Made by a program: the position numbers and the translations under genes | The notes under the pieces: generated by a model | What the model was told of the DNA's origin: nothing | Seen by the model: only the letters and a program-made list of their open reading frames with translations | Database searches by the model: none | Shown: positions 1 through 12,897 of the stretch, one piece after another | How positions within the stretch are numbered: position 1 is the first letter of the stretch | Layout: every line of letters begins with the position of its first letter | Source of the DNA: Octopus vulgaris | Taxonomy: Eukaryota | NCBI GenBank assembly: GCA_951406725.2 | Contig: OX597814.1 | Coordinates: 124,372,001 to 124,436,000 of the forward strand | Reading direction: 5' to 3' | Length of the DNA: 64,000 bases

Positions 1-124
1 CTCACTCTTTCTTCTGTTGGCCTGCTCGCTTAGCCAGCGAGGTGGCGTATTGAAGGCTAAAACAATGCGAAACGCATTGTGACCACCGATGTGTAGCAAC
101 ATCTAATAGACTGGTCCGTCACGA
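1..124 (+). mobile_element. 3' part of tRNA-derived SINE family C (tail variant 3), truncated by window edge
   Basis: Starts with CTCACTCTTTCTTC, the body motif also present in the family C copies at 13601 and 51049, followed by a different tail. Confidence 0.5.
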
Positions 125-341
125 AAAAAAAACATATATACATATGTATTTCCAAGGAATTTAATGCGCTTGGCTTAGATTTTCCTTTGGGGCTGGCCAG
201 ATCGGAGCAATCTCAAGATTAATCAGCCGAAATTGCGAGGATGATCCGGTGTTTAACTGAAGATTGAAGGCTTCGAATCTCCCGTCCGTGTTTTTTGTAT
301 CGTCTAAATGTTTTGCGTTCTTGTCCTAGTTTGTATTTTTT

Positions 342-402
<61 letters not shown>

Positions 403-405
<3 letters not shown>

Positions 406-570
406 CGACAGGCTTCTTTCAGTTTCCGTTTACCAAATCTACTCACAAGGCTTTGGTGGGCCCAAGACTGTAGTAGAAGACACTCTCCCTAGGTGCCACG
501 CAGTGGGACTGAACCCGGAACCATGTGATTCGTAAGGAAGCTACTTACCACACACCCACTCCTACACCTA
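403..570 (-). mobile_element. SINE family A, 5' half
   Basis: Reverse complement matches the head of the full copies at 1564 and 47306 (GGTTCCGGGTTCAGTCCCACTGCGTGGCACC...GGAAACTGAAAGAAGCC). Confidence 0.85.
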
Positions 571-574
571 CAAT

Positions 575-790
575 CTGTATAAGCTAGGATTTTCAGAAAA
601 CAGAAATTGACCAAGTCGCACATTACAAATAAAATCTGTAAACAGAACATTAAAAGTGAGCAAGATTTTCTCTATTTTTAGAATATGAATTTGTATTTGT
701 TATCAACATTCCAACAATGGAGCTTTGTATCATTGTTATAAACCAGCTCCTTCCTCAGAGGAAGAATTCAAATTAAAACAAGAGAATACA
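575..790 (-). repeat. Old dispersed repeat, copy 1 of 3
   Basis: Shares ATTCCAACAATGGAGCTTTGTATC and AAGCT-GGATTTTCAGAAAA with 48000-48215; reverse-oriented relative at 33480-33680. Confidence 0.65.
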
Positions 791-1014
791 CACACACACA
801 CACACACCCACCCACCCACCCCACACACACACACACACACATACACACATACATACATACATACATGCACGCACGCTCACAGACACAGACACACACACAC
901 ATACATACATACATACATATACGCACGCTCACAGACACACACACACATACATACATACATACACATACACACACACATACATACATACATACATACATAC
1001 ATACATACATACAT

Positions 1015-1061
<47 letters not shown>
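788..1061. repeat. Compound (CA)n/(CATA)n/(CAGA)n microsatellite
   Basis: Direct inspection. Confidence 0.95.
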
Positions 1062-1563
1062 GGTAGAGCACCAGTTTTCCGGCACTCTTGGTTTCCCCAT
1101 CTATTAGAATTCTTCATTTTGCCGGGTTAACGGAAGGCATGTAACAATAATTCCAGGCATATACCTAGCAGACTGCCGCAACATTATTAACTTCTAAACC
1201 TTTGGGACACACCTTTGTTTATTCGCAAGAAACATTCTTCCAACCCTTCAGCTACAAGAATTTGAATGAAAATGTTAATCTAATGCCACCTGTTAACTAC
1301 TGGATCCCCATCGGACTCTCTCCTGGAAAGTAATTCTGAAAGGTATATATTTATCGTTTCCTCTTTCATTCAGAGACGATAATCTCTGCAATGGCTGTAA
1401 ATCTTCTATTAACTTTTTGCTTTGCAGAGAGAGGGCCCTCTGGAAGTTACGTTAGCAAGTGGTGTTGCATTTAGTTTTAAACATTTCTATCTTCACATTA
1501 TTATAAGTTTGGTACAGGAAGTGTGTTTCCGATTTCATATGTTACGAGGAAATATACTACAAT

Positions 1564-1727
1564 AGGCGTTGGAGTGGCTGTGTGGTAAGTAGCTTGCTTA
1601 CGAACCACGTGGTTCCGGGTTCAGTCACACTGCGTGGCACCTTGGGCAAGTGTCTTCTACTATCGCCTCGGGCCGACCAAAGCCTTGTGGGTGGATTTGG
1701 AAGACGGAAATTGAAAGAAGCTCGTCG

Positions 1728-1789
<62 letters not shown>

Positions 1790-1986
1790 TGTGTCTGTTT
1801 GTCCCCCAACGCCGCTTGACAACCGATGCTGGTGTGTTTACGTCCCCGTAACTTAGCTGTTCGGCAAAAGACCGATAGAATAAGTATTAGGCTTACAAAG
1901 AATAAGTCCAGGGGTCGATTTGCTCGACTAAAGGCGTGTCCAGCGTGGCCACAGTCAAATGACTGAAACAAGTAAAAGAGTAAAAG
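1564..1986 (+). mobile_element. SINE family A, full length, with internal (TG)n
   Basis: Pol III A-box-like TGGCTGTGTGG and B-box-like GGTTCAGTC, body CACCTTGGGCAAGTGTCTTC, (GTAAAAGA)n tail; about 7 related copies in the window. Confidence 0.9.
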
Positions 1987-2019
1987 TGTGTTGTCAACGC
2001 TTGGTGGCGAAAGAGTTAT

Positions 2020-2150
2020 TAGTAAGGATTTCAAATTTTGGCACAAGGCCAGCAATTTCGGGAGCTGGAGTAAATCGATTGCGTCGACCCCAGTACTCAG
2101 CTGGTACTTTATCTATCGACCCCGAGAGGATGAAAGGCAAAGTCGACAGC
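2020..2150 (-). mobile_element. SINE family B, 3' fragment
   Basis: ATCGACCCCGAGAGGATGAAAGGCAAAGTCGAC core on the reverse strand. Confidence 0.8.
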
Positions 2151-2363
2151 AAATTGGTCACAGCAAATTTAAGAATATTCACATAATTTTGTCCGAATTA
2201 AAAGCGGTAGAGAAGCATCCGCTGCCGGGAAATTGACTTCGTATTTTCTTTATATAATTTTAAAATCATTTTATTAAATGCCTTCTTAAATTGAAATGTC
2301 TTAGATTTACTTCTGTGCTATTTCCATCTCCATCTATATTTTTACATTTTCTACTTGACCTTT

Positions 2364-2437
<74 letters not shown>

Positions 2438-4154
2438 AAAAAAAGTCAAGATAGCAAATGCTAAAATAATTTTATAAAAAACATTTCCGTACCGGTTTCA
2501 GTCATTGAGACTTTTTCAACTGTAAGTATGGAAAACAATTAAATTTTGGAAAAATTAAAAGAAAAGTTTTTCTGAAAGGCTATTTGCATAGTATTCAAAT
2601 ACAAGGGGCATTAAAAATTTGGTATATACTCAAAATATTCAAAGAAGTTTATCCTTTTGTTAAAATTTCATTCTTAATAATCTTCTTGATTAACCTAAAT
2701 TTTAACTTTATACAATAAGACAATATTGTTTGAAATGATCTTTAGAAATTATTTGATTTATCTCTTTCTTAAATGGCTCTACCCTCCTAATCTTAGTATT
2801 TATAAGGCCCTTTATATAAATAACCCTTCTAAACAAGTACCACTATGAAACTATTAATATCATGTAGGGAGTAACAATATTAAATTCTTAAACCTATAAT
2901 ATAACACTTAATTTAAAAAAAAAGATTTGTGTAAAATATGATTGTTCCATAACTTAAATATTCCTTTAGCCGATACCAGACATCAGTCTTTTATTGACAT
3001 TAACTAAATAAATAAATATATAATTTTTAGTCTAATATATTTTGAATTATTATACTTTTTCTCAAAATCTTCTCTATTGGTGTTAATAAGCTACACATAC
3101 TTTGCCATAGTATTAGTAATTAAGCCATTTTATTTCCTTTTCTATGGTGTTCTGCTCAACTTGATTATTTTATTATATTCTTTATTGTTTTATAATTAGC
3201 CGTTATTTATTTATAAAATTAATCTAATTTTTGTATCTCTATAAATTCATATTTAGCTTATATAAAACTATACTGGTATATTCACTACTTATAAAAAATA
3301 CTGCTTAGGTTAAAATTCTATTAAATATATAATTAGCATGTTCCTTTACCCCAATAATCCTTTATTAATACCAGTATATAACAATTAATTAATATTCACA
3401 GATACCATCTGATGAGTTAGTATTTAAGTATACAATATGTATAATATTAAACTATTTCTGGATAATTTCTTTTCCTCCTTCTATTATGGTAAAGTATTCA
3501 TAAATTTCTATCCTTTTGTTATAATATTCTTCTTAATAATCCTTTGGATAACCCTAAACTTTATCTGTATATAATATAGCAACATTGTTTAAAATATTAA
3601 ATTTAGTACCACATGATGAGACTTTCCCTGTTTCATTATCAATAGTCTGCTAGTGGGCGACTCCTTTAATTATCAGCTAATATCTTGTTTTTAATTTTTC
3701 CCTTACTAAACCTAATGATATTGCTTATAATAAATCTTGATTTTTTATGACTATACCAACTAGAATGTCTGTCTACTACCTCAGCCCTACCCCTAACAGA
3801 TACTGCCCTCTGTTCTCTCAGCCTTAGATATACAAATGATTTGATAGACTAGTCTATAAATTAAAACTGACCACATAAAGACAAAAAATCAGTGACAAGC
3901 AGAGTCTTCTTGATAATTTTAGTAACTTTTATGCTGAAGTAGAAACAACATTACGGAGATGTACTTGCATAGCAAGTGATTTGATCTGAGATCGGGTGCT
4001 AAAACGAAAACAATTTGTAAGTCATTTAAGAAACACCTTCCACGCTGCAATTGTTAGAGACAACATGTTCTTTGTCTATCCTTAACTTCTTGGAGATTTT
4101 AGGTTTAATTAAACTAATGTGTCCATCTGTTCTAACTTAATTAAATTCTATGTC

Positions 4155-4241
4155 AAAAGCTGAAGACTGCTCTACATTTTAAATTGATGTAATGATTGAA
4201 TTGTTCAATTAAATGGAGTTGCATGAAACGATCGTACTGCA
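4155..4241 (+). ncRNA. Hammerhead ribozyme motif (type I, long helix II), helix I degenerate
   Basis: CTGAAGA at 4160, then GAAAC-GATC-GTA-CTGCA at 4225-4241; same family as 25063. Confidence 0.6.
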
Positions 4242-4420
4242 TAACCTCCGGATATCCTTGTTGCTTATTTTGACATATATATATATAACGTTTTTATTTC
4301 TCTTTCCCTTTCAGAATTACAACTATTAGTGGTTTGGAGTTTAACTGCTCTTTCTAGTGAGTCAAATGTCCTATTATGGCCATCTCTTATGTATTTAAAT
4401 ATATATATATATAAATTATT

Positions 4421-4568
4421 AGAGTTAACCACTATGTGGATAACTCTAGTGCTAAAAATAGCCCCGATAGTATAGCCACAGTATAGTATAGTTGGAAACA
4501 TCTTTTTCTGTGGCTATACTATCGGGGCTATTTTTAGCACTAGAGTTATCCACATAGTGGTTAACTCT
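4421..4568. repeat. Perfect 61-bp inverted repeat with 26-nt spacer
   Basis: 4421-4481 is the exact reverse complement of 4508-4568. Confidence 0.95.
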
Positions 4569-4686
4569 CTAATAATTTATGTATAAATTTGTATTTTCTC
4601 CGTAATTTTTTGTGCTAAGCCACTCGGTGTTAAATTAATGGTATTATTAAATTAATATCAATTTTTCACCCTCATTTATAAATATA

Positions 4687-4747
<61 letters not shown>

Positions 4748-4990
4748 GTACGTATGTATGAGTTTGTGTATATACGTGTATTTGTATGTGTTATACATAT
4801 GTATATGTGTACGTGTGTGTGTATGTATGTATTATATATGTATATATATATATATATGTGTGTGTAGATATATATATATATATATTATATATATATATAA
4901 TTATATATATATATATAATTTAATAAATAAAATATATGCATACATACATTTATGTACGTACCTATATCTACATGCATATATACATGCATA

Positions 4991-5034
<44 letters not shown>

Positions 5035-5038
<4 letters not shown>

Positions 5039-5888
5039 TAAATGAAATAAACATATGCATATATATAAACATATATGTACGTACCTACCACTACATGTAC
5101 ATATACACGCATATATGAGTACAGGACACCAAAAAGACGTCGAACACAATGAGAAACGAAGACATAGACACAAACCAAAGGAACTGGACATTTTTTAAAC
5201 AACAAAAAAATAGAGTACAGGACAATTAACACAAAGAAAAAAACCCTTCTTCAGTCGCTATGGTTTCATCTACTCTACGTTTCGGAGGTGAAAGCGAGAC
5301 GTATCTTCGACAAGAAACTTTCCTTCCTGTAAAAAGCAAATCAATTAAAATTCTGAGATCTTTTCGCAGAGGGGTAAAAAATGGTAACAAAAACAGGACA
5401 GTAACGACAGTACAAAGTATAAACAGTAAAAGATAGGAGAAGGAAAAACAAGATAAGGAGGGCTGTTAACGCCGAACGAAAATAAGTATTGCGAACGTGG
5501 ATTTTTTTATGAACGACGAGCGGAGCAAAAAGAATTGTCGTCCATACCTTGAGAGGGCCAGGCCAGAAAGACAGCAGCGGAAGTCTCGTCGCGGGTCAAC
5601 GACGGGAGGGGGGAGGAGGAGCAAGAGAAAGGGAGAGAAGAAGGGGAATGGCTGCGAGGAAACCATGAAGAATGAAGAGGGGCAGAGAGAGAGTGTGAAG
5701 AATGAGAGAGAGGAAGAGACAAGTTAAGTAGAGGAAAAGGAAATCAAAGAATGAAGGCTGAGAAAGGGATGGGACAGAAAGGTTAAGAGTGCGCATCAAA
5801 GTTAATATCAAGAACAAAACTTGATATAAAAAACAATCTTACTTAAAAGGGATGCGTGCGTTTCGTTATATAATATATTAATAAATAA

Positions 5889-5956
<68 letters not shown>

Positions 5957-6425
5957 TACAGGACACTACAAATAGATGTAGAACTCAACGAGAAACGAAA
6001 ACATAAAAACAAACCTTTCCTTGTTTTTACCCCTCTGCAAAGGAATTTTATTTAATTCTTTTGCAGGAAGAATTAGTTCAACGGGTCGTGTTCTGTCCTT
6101 ACCTTCGAAACACGCATGGAGTCGAACCAAGGACAGCTGATGAAGGGGAATATTCCTTGTATTGTTTGTCTTGTACTCTGTTTTTTCGTTGTTAAAAAAA
6201 GTCCAGTTTCCATGTTTGTTTTTATGTTTTCGTTTCTCGTTGAGTTCTACGTCTATTTGTGGTGTCCTGTGCTCATTTATATATATATATATATATATAT
6301 GCATGTATATATACATGTAGATGTAGGTATGTACATATATGTATGTATGTATATATTTTATTTATTAAACTATTGTTTGACTGAGCGCCTTCGCGTCGTT
6401 TCGTTTCTTTTCTTTTCTCCAAGTA

Positions 6426-6494
<69 letters not shown>

Positions 6495-6650
6495 AATAAA
6501 ATATATGCATATATACATACATATATGTATGTACCTACCTCTACATGTATATATACATTCATATATGGGTACAGGACACCAAAAAAAACGTCGAACACAA
6601 TGAGAAACGAAAACATAAACACAAAACCAAGGAAATGGACATTTTTTTAA
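5035..6650. mobile_element. Cluster of related Penelope-like terminal fragments in both orientations between (TA)n tracts
   Basis: GAGTACAGGACAC...ACAATGAGAAACGAA unit at 5117, 5954 and 6568 (+) and 6214-6280 (-); CTGATGA-AGGGGAATATTCCTT hammerhead-like half at about 6138. Confidence 0.55.
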
Positions 6651-7591
6651 AACAACACGCATACCTGTCTCCGTGTGTGTATGTGTGTGCGTGTGTCTAG
6701 GTATACACCTGCATACATTTATGCGTGTGTGAGTCAGCATGCATGCATTTATGTATGCAAGAATTTATATATACAAAAATAGATACAAATGAGCGTGTAT
6801 ATGCGTGAAAACGTGTAACGTACTAGAGTTTGTATGTGTATATATGTGTTGACGTATGTAAATATCTATATACATGTGTAGACACGTATGTGTGTATACA
6901 TCTTCACAGATACATATTCTTTATTTCTTCTACTACTCACCACTAACCTGTTCTTTTAAGTAACTTGACACCTAATAGTCTTCATTCTTCATTCCACCTC
7001 AATTTTAATACCTTTACCCTCCCTCTACACTTTCTAGGCCTATCCCTTAAGCTCTGTCACAGCATACTCTCTTTTTCTGTTTACCCTCTCATCCCTTTAC
7101 CCTCTCATCTCTTTACTCTCTCATCTCTTTACCCTCTCATCTCTTTACCCTCTCATCTCTTTATCCTCTCATCTCTTTATTCTCTCATCTCTTCCTCTCT
7201 CTCCCCTTCATCTCTCCCTTCCGTCTATCATTTTATCCTGACCAAAAGCTAACACACCTCTTTCTTCATTTGTTTATCGTCTCTCTCCTCCTTTTTTCTC
7301 CTCCGGTTTTTGATTTGCCCTTACAAACACATTCCCAACTTTTAAGTCACTTAAAAAAAAACCTCGATCGAATAACACCGTTTACAAGACTATGCTTGGG
7401 ATGACCAATTATAAACACCATTGGAACTCACACAGAACGTATAGGAAACTTATATATACACCATTCTGCTTAAATAATGGAACTGCAAATACAATATCCT
7501 TACGTATCTCACGTCTGTTTTCATTCCTCCACTTCACTCTGTATTTCATATCTTCGCTATAATAACTATTACTTAAACATTTTCTCGTACC

Positions 7592-7639
7592 GTCTCTAAT
7601 GAAGCGATATATAAAATATCCCAGAAACAGCTGTAAGAC
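7592..7639 (+). ncRNA. Minimal hammerhead ribozyme motif (core variant CTAATGA)
   Basis: GTCT-CTAATGA-[GATAT/ATATC stem]-GAAAC-AGCT-GTA-AGAC; helix I GTCT/AGAC is perfect. Confidence 0.6.
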
Positions 7640-8799
7640 CTTCGCTTTATAAATGTTCTGAAAACTATTCACAGCCTTGGATTTTTTTTTATCTCATTCT
7701 GTTAATTTATATATGTGTGTGTGTGTGTTTGTGCGTGTGTAAGTATTTATGTATGTATGTAAGCATGTATGTATGTATGTATGTATGTATGTATGTATGT
7801 ATGTATGTATGTATGTATGTATGTATGTATGTGCGTGTGGCTGTTAAAAAATTATCTTGTTTATATAGATTATCGCTAGCATCCATGAGTGTGGAATACT
7901 ATCCAATTCCTTTCGGTAATCAATCCAAGCCATGCTAAGTTTTGTTTTCTTCCCTCTCATTGTCGTCTCTGATAGCTCAGTTCTTCAGCAATTATTCTTT
8001 AACCCTTCCTGGTACCATGTTTGGTTATGTATTATTGTACTCCAGAAGTGTAACCAATTTGTTGTGCTACATAGATACATACATTCATATATATATATAT
8101 ATATATACCTGCTTACACATACACACGCGCGCGTGTGCTTGTATGTGTAAGCATGTATGTATATGAATGTGAGGACTCAACATAAAGCTTAAACAATTAT
8201 CAATAAGAGTGTGCAGGATGAAATGCTTTTAAAAAGACGAACGCTTCTTCCCCGAGAACAAGGTATTGGAATCAATCACTAAAAGATTCTACTTTAACAA
8301 AGGAATTAGCAAAAGAAACATAACGCCGGAAGATGTGCCTATATCAATGGAAATCCAAGCACGTTGAAAGGGAAAAATGAAACCAAAACATTTAATGGAA
8401 CAAAAGATCGCAAGGGATCAAAAGGAAAGAAAACGTATATAACACGGCAACCACAGCCCATCTTAGCGGGCACGGAACTATCAACACAATAACAGCTGCA
8501 AAATGTTTGAAAGCCTAAACACTAAACCGCTATCAACGGGTAGCAGCATTCAATGAAGTGACAAGCAGGCTAGTATTAACACTTGCTTGGATGGTAGAGG
8601 GGAAAATCATACTTATATTCCAAAATATAAATACCGAAGTGTCTAAAAGGTATAGACTTTTAAACTACTTGGGAACACAATATAGAGCCTCTTTCATCTA
8701 TGTAATACAACAAACTAGTTACACTTCTGGAGTAGAATGTTGGCATCCTTTTGTCTCAGGAGACAATGCGCATAAACTAATCAAGTCTGGTTTTTACAT

Positions 8800-9115
8800 T
8801 TCATGTCCTCTCCAGTTTCCTCTCCAGTTTTGCGTAGGCCTGGGCTAGAAAATCCTGGGTAGCCCAATAGTCAGGATTCCTCTCTCGACCTTACTGACGT
8901 AGTCCAAAGGAGTGCAGAGCATTGCGTTTGGCACCAGCTTGGTTGCAGGAAATGCCGGAAGAGTGTTGAGACGAACACTAAACCGCCTACGGCGCTCCAC
9001 TCCGGATATCTTTGAAGGTTGTCTCCTTTCCGTAACCCTGGATGGAGGCCTATACCGGGTACTGTCAGCCGGAGCCAGCTCAGCCCGGGACTCGTGTCAG
9101 GCAAGGTCGTCACAC
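8800..9115 (-). mobile_element. GC-rich insert resembling an RTE-clade LINE 5' UTR
   Basis: Sharp GC island inside the AT-rich LINE; GTAGTCCAAAGGA..GCAGAGCA..CGTTTGGCACCAGCTTGG resembles RTE 5' UTR sequence as I recall it (unverified). Confidence 0.4.
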
Positions 9116-10552
9116 ACTGAAATAGTGAAGAAAATCGCTACCCACTACCTAATGGAGTACAATAATACATAACTAAATATGGTACCAGGAAGGGTGTAAA
9201 GACGACAGTGAGAGTGAAGAAAACAAAACTTAGCATGGCTTGGATTGATTACCGAAAGGAATTGGATAGCATTCCACACTCATGGATGCTGACGATAATC
9301 TATGTAAAGATGACAGTTTTAACATTAATGAAATTCGCCAGGCATGTCATGATGACATAGAAACGCCGTTTCGAGGCAAAGGCGATGCGATTAAAATCAT
9401 CCCTCTACACATAATAAGACTCTTCTATGGGTGCTTCCTATCCTCTCCTACGCTTTTGCGTAGCACTAACCACTTTAGAAGAATTGCTGAACGAAACTAA
9501 CATGTGGTATAGATGATAAAGAAGCTTTCAACCGTCTCCTTTACATGAGTAACTTAAAGATATTTACAAATGATAGTATCAAGATGTAAAGCCTGTTAAA
9601 AATTGTGCTCGAATTCAACCGAAAGGTAAGCATGAATATGGTATTAGACAAATCCCCATGGCCGCTATAGTGAGAAGTAAATTAATTAGAAATGAGAATA
9701 TTAAATCAGACCGAAGAGATCAAAATCGGAGAATTAGATCAAAATTTGTCATACAAATAGTTAAAACTCTTCGAATTTGATAGAATAGAACGGAAATGAA
9801 GGGGAAAATTATCAGCGACTAACTCAATTACCAGTTAGATTTTCGAGATAAACAAACTAGCAACTAAATGAATAGCAAAGCTTGCACAGAAAAAACAGGA
9901 AATAAGCGATAGCGCTCCGAAGTCACAATCTCAAAGCTGATAGCAATAGACGGCACCTACATTACACACAAAAAAGAGCAGATCCGATGCGCATAGAAAA
10001 TAACTACAACATAACAATAGTATGATTAGAACGATAATGCACAAGGTAAAAAGTGATATCCATAAGAAAAGGAATCTTTCAAGGAGATTCATTACCCTTC
10101 TTTATTCTTTTGAGCAACGCTGATTCCATTAATAAAACTGTTGAAAAAAAAAAAAAAGAAAGAAAGAAAAGCAAACTTTATATTGTTTGATTTTCAAACA
10201 GATATTCACGTCAGCAGGGCAGCTGATCTCTTCGACAGTACATTCTTCTTCCCTTCTCCAAAGAACAATATCTGACTCGTTACGTTTACACTTGACAGGT
10301 GTTTTCATGGGAATGTTCCACCAATATTCCTTGTGTTGGTGTTTATGTACGTGTTCAGTAACAGAGAGTCTTTGTTTTGCAAATGGCACTGTGTATTTTT
10401 TTTTTGTTTTTTGGATAAGGTCGTGTAGCATAGGGACGTAGTTCGTTGATGACATTTTTGAATAGCTACAAATCACATATGAGATGTCGCCCACAGAAAT
10501 CGACCAATTTAAGGAAACGACGAAGTGCTGAAAAGAAACCAACTACACTGTA

Positions 10553-10786
10553 AGGCGGCGAGCTGGCAGAAACGTTAGCACGCCGGGTGAAATGCTTAGC
10601 AGTATTTTGTCTGCTGCTACGTTCTGAGTTCAAATTCCGCCGAGGTCGACTTTGCCTTTTATCCTTTCGGGGTCGATTAAATAAGTACCAGTTACGCACT
10701 GGGGTTGATGTAATCGACTTAATCCGTTTATCTGCCCTTGTTTGTCCCCTCTGTGTTTAGCCCCTTGTGGGCAATAAAGAAATAAG
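10553..10786 (+). mobile_element. SINE family B monomer
   Basis: GGCGGCGAGCTGGCAGAA head, B-box GAGTTCAAATTCC, core GGTCGACTTTGCCTTT.ATCCTTTCGGGGTCGAT; TSD-like AACTACA(C/T)TG flanks. Confidence 0.9.
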
Positions 10787-11720
10787 ATACTAACTACATT
10801 GAAGTAATAGATTTAGACAAGAACAAAATAACTGGAAGGTTAGAAAAACAAAACAAAATCAGAATGGATTTCAAGAATATATTTAAGGAAACACGGAGAA
10901 GAACTAGTGCATGGCTCGATGCCAGAGTTATTACCGACAATGATTTAAATCTTTGGGTAAAACCATAAACAGAAGTTCGAAGGTCTGATTCTAAAGGTAC
11001 GGGACCAATACTTAATCACAAACAGCTACAATAATAAAATACAGGAAGATGCTAACATCAAATGCAGAGTGTAGGTAGTGCAGTGAGAGAGTTGATCAAA
11101 TTATCTCTGGTTGCCTTGTCATTGGCTTGGCCGAATATGGACGGAGACACGATTGAGTACGTAGGAATGTAGACTGGGCAATATGCCAATACTTAGATGC
11201 GAAAACAGTCAAGAAATGGCATAAAATAATTATCATAGAACACTACACAACAACGACTTAGCCACAATCATCTGGGGGGAAAAAAACTATCAAAACTGAC
11301 AAGGGGATCAAGGCGGATATAATAACAATCAAAAAGTGGAGAAAAACACACGCTCACTGACAGACATCAATATCTCCTCTGATGAGAAAGAAGAAAAAAA
11401 CATTGCACGGAAGAAATTTGAGAAACTGTCCAAATAGAAGGATTTTGAAATTGAAATAAACAGGATATAGGATAGCCAGCGAAGGATTATAAATGCTAGG
11501 AGTATGTGGTTTCATTTGTTTAGAATTGTTATTGATACATAATTTTCAGTAATTGATCAATTTACATTATTTAACTTACGGTGGAGTTTTTCACGCTACA
11601 CCATCATAAAACAAAAACCCTTAATTGCATTCTAAAATATCCCCTATAACAAACAAGCTGTTTATTTCTGTCTCTTTCTCTCTTACTCTCACGTCGTCAG
11701 TTTGTATGTCACTCTGTTCA

Positions 11721-11781
<61 letters not shown>

Positions 11782-11932
11782 ATCTCATTTCCTCACTTTG
11801 TCAGTTTGTATATCTCTCTATCCGTCTTTGTCTCTCTCACTGTCTTTCCACACACGCGTGCACAGACAGATACACACACATACACACACAAATAAATGAT
11901 TTGGGAACAGGAGTCACATAATCAACTTTATT

Positions 11933-11979
11933 AGCTTACAGCTGTTTCTACTATAAAAAAAAAACAGCGCATCAGAGCC
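11933..11979 (-). ncRNA. Minimal hammerhead motif (core variant CTGATGC)
   Basis: Reverse strand reads GCT-CTGATGC-GCTGT..ATAGTA-GAAAC-AGCT-GTA-AGC. Confidence 0.55.
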
Positions 11980-12139
11980 GAGTGCTTGAGGAACACCATA
12001 CAGCTTCACGTGATTCCTGTTCCTTTGTCATTCATCAATTAGTTTTGTGATCTGTACTCACCTGTCATTTTACTCCAAAGAAAATGTATATTGCTCTAAC
12101 AGCTGGTTATCTGTATCGCTATACCTAGGTAAAATCATC

Positions 12140-12203
<64 letters not shown>

Positions 12204-12293
12204 TCATGTATATGTGTGCGTATGTGCGTGTGTATATATGTTATGTATGCATTTATGTATGTCTGTAACGAGGTAACACACACACATGTATAC

Positions 12294-12347
<54 letters not shown>

Positions 12348-12456
12348 ATGTGTATGTATGTGTATGTATGTATATGTGAGTATGTATGTATATGTGTATG
12401 TATGTATGTAAGGAGGTATACACTTAGACACGCACAAACACACACATGTATGCGTG

Positions 12457-12499
<43 letters not shown>

Positions 12500-12708
12500 C
12501 GATGTATGTATGTATATATGTATGCATGTGTATGTATGTATATGTGTGTATGTATGTATATGTGTATTTATGTATGTATATGTGTGCATATGTGCGTGTG
12601 TATATATGTTATGTATGCATTTATTTATGCATGTATGTAAGGAGGTATACACTTAGACGCACACAAACACACACACACATGTATGCGTGTATATATATAT
12701 ATACATAT

Positions 12709-12897
12709 AGGGAGAGTTTACGAAAAAAAACAAAAGACGAAGACAGGTGGTGTACAAAACAAACAGATGTATTAGTATAACGCTCGGGAATAGAAAAAGT
12801 CTTTTACGTTTCGAGCCTACGCTCTTCTACAGAAAGGGACACAGAAAAAAAAAGGAGAGAAACAAGGAGAGAAAAAAATGTGTGTAGTGGCTAACGG
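12709..12897 (-). mobile_element. Penelope-like terminal fragment with minimal hammerhead
   Basis: Reverse strand reads CTTT-CTGTAGA-A-GAGC-GTAG-GCTC-GAAAC-GTA-AAAG; homologous to 62172-62370; abuts (TA)n. Confidence 0.65.

Larger units (their letters stand above)
2436..4685. mobile_element. Decayed AT-rich Penelope-like element(s) bounded by (TA)n tracts
   Basis: Hammerhead-like motifs at 2490-2519 (-) and 4160-4241 (+); 4110-4270 is homologous to 25020-25185; internal diverged repeat 2650-2730 / 3507-3590; no intact ORF. Confidence 0.5.
8170..11500 (+). pseudogene. Degenerate R4/Dong-like non-LTR retrotransposon (RT plus CCHC/RLE remnants)
   Basis: Translates SMAWIDYRKELDSIPHSW (9233-9286), NRLLYMSNLKIF (about 9530, decayed YMDDLK) and CRV..IISGC (about 11060-11115); many stops; interrupted by insertions at 8830 and 10553. 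Confidence 0.75.

Noticed and set aside
160-300. Hammerhead-like GGCTG..CAGCC-GAAA stem and nearby CTGAAGA
   Set aside because: Core elements are not in a foldable order; at most a decayed Penelope-like terminus
5497-5727. Charged 76-aa ORF
   Set aside because: Purine-rich low-complexity part of a repeat
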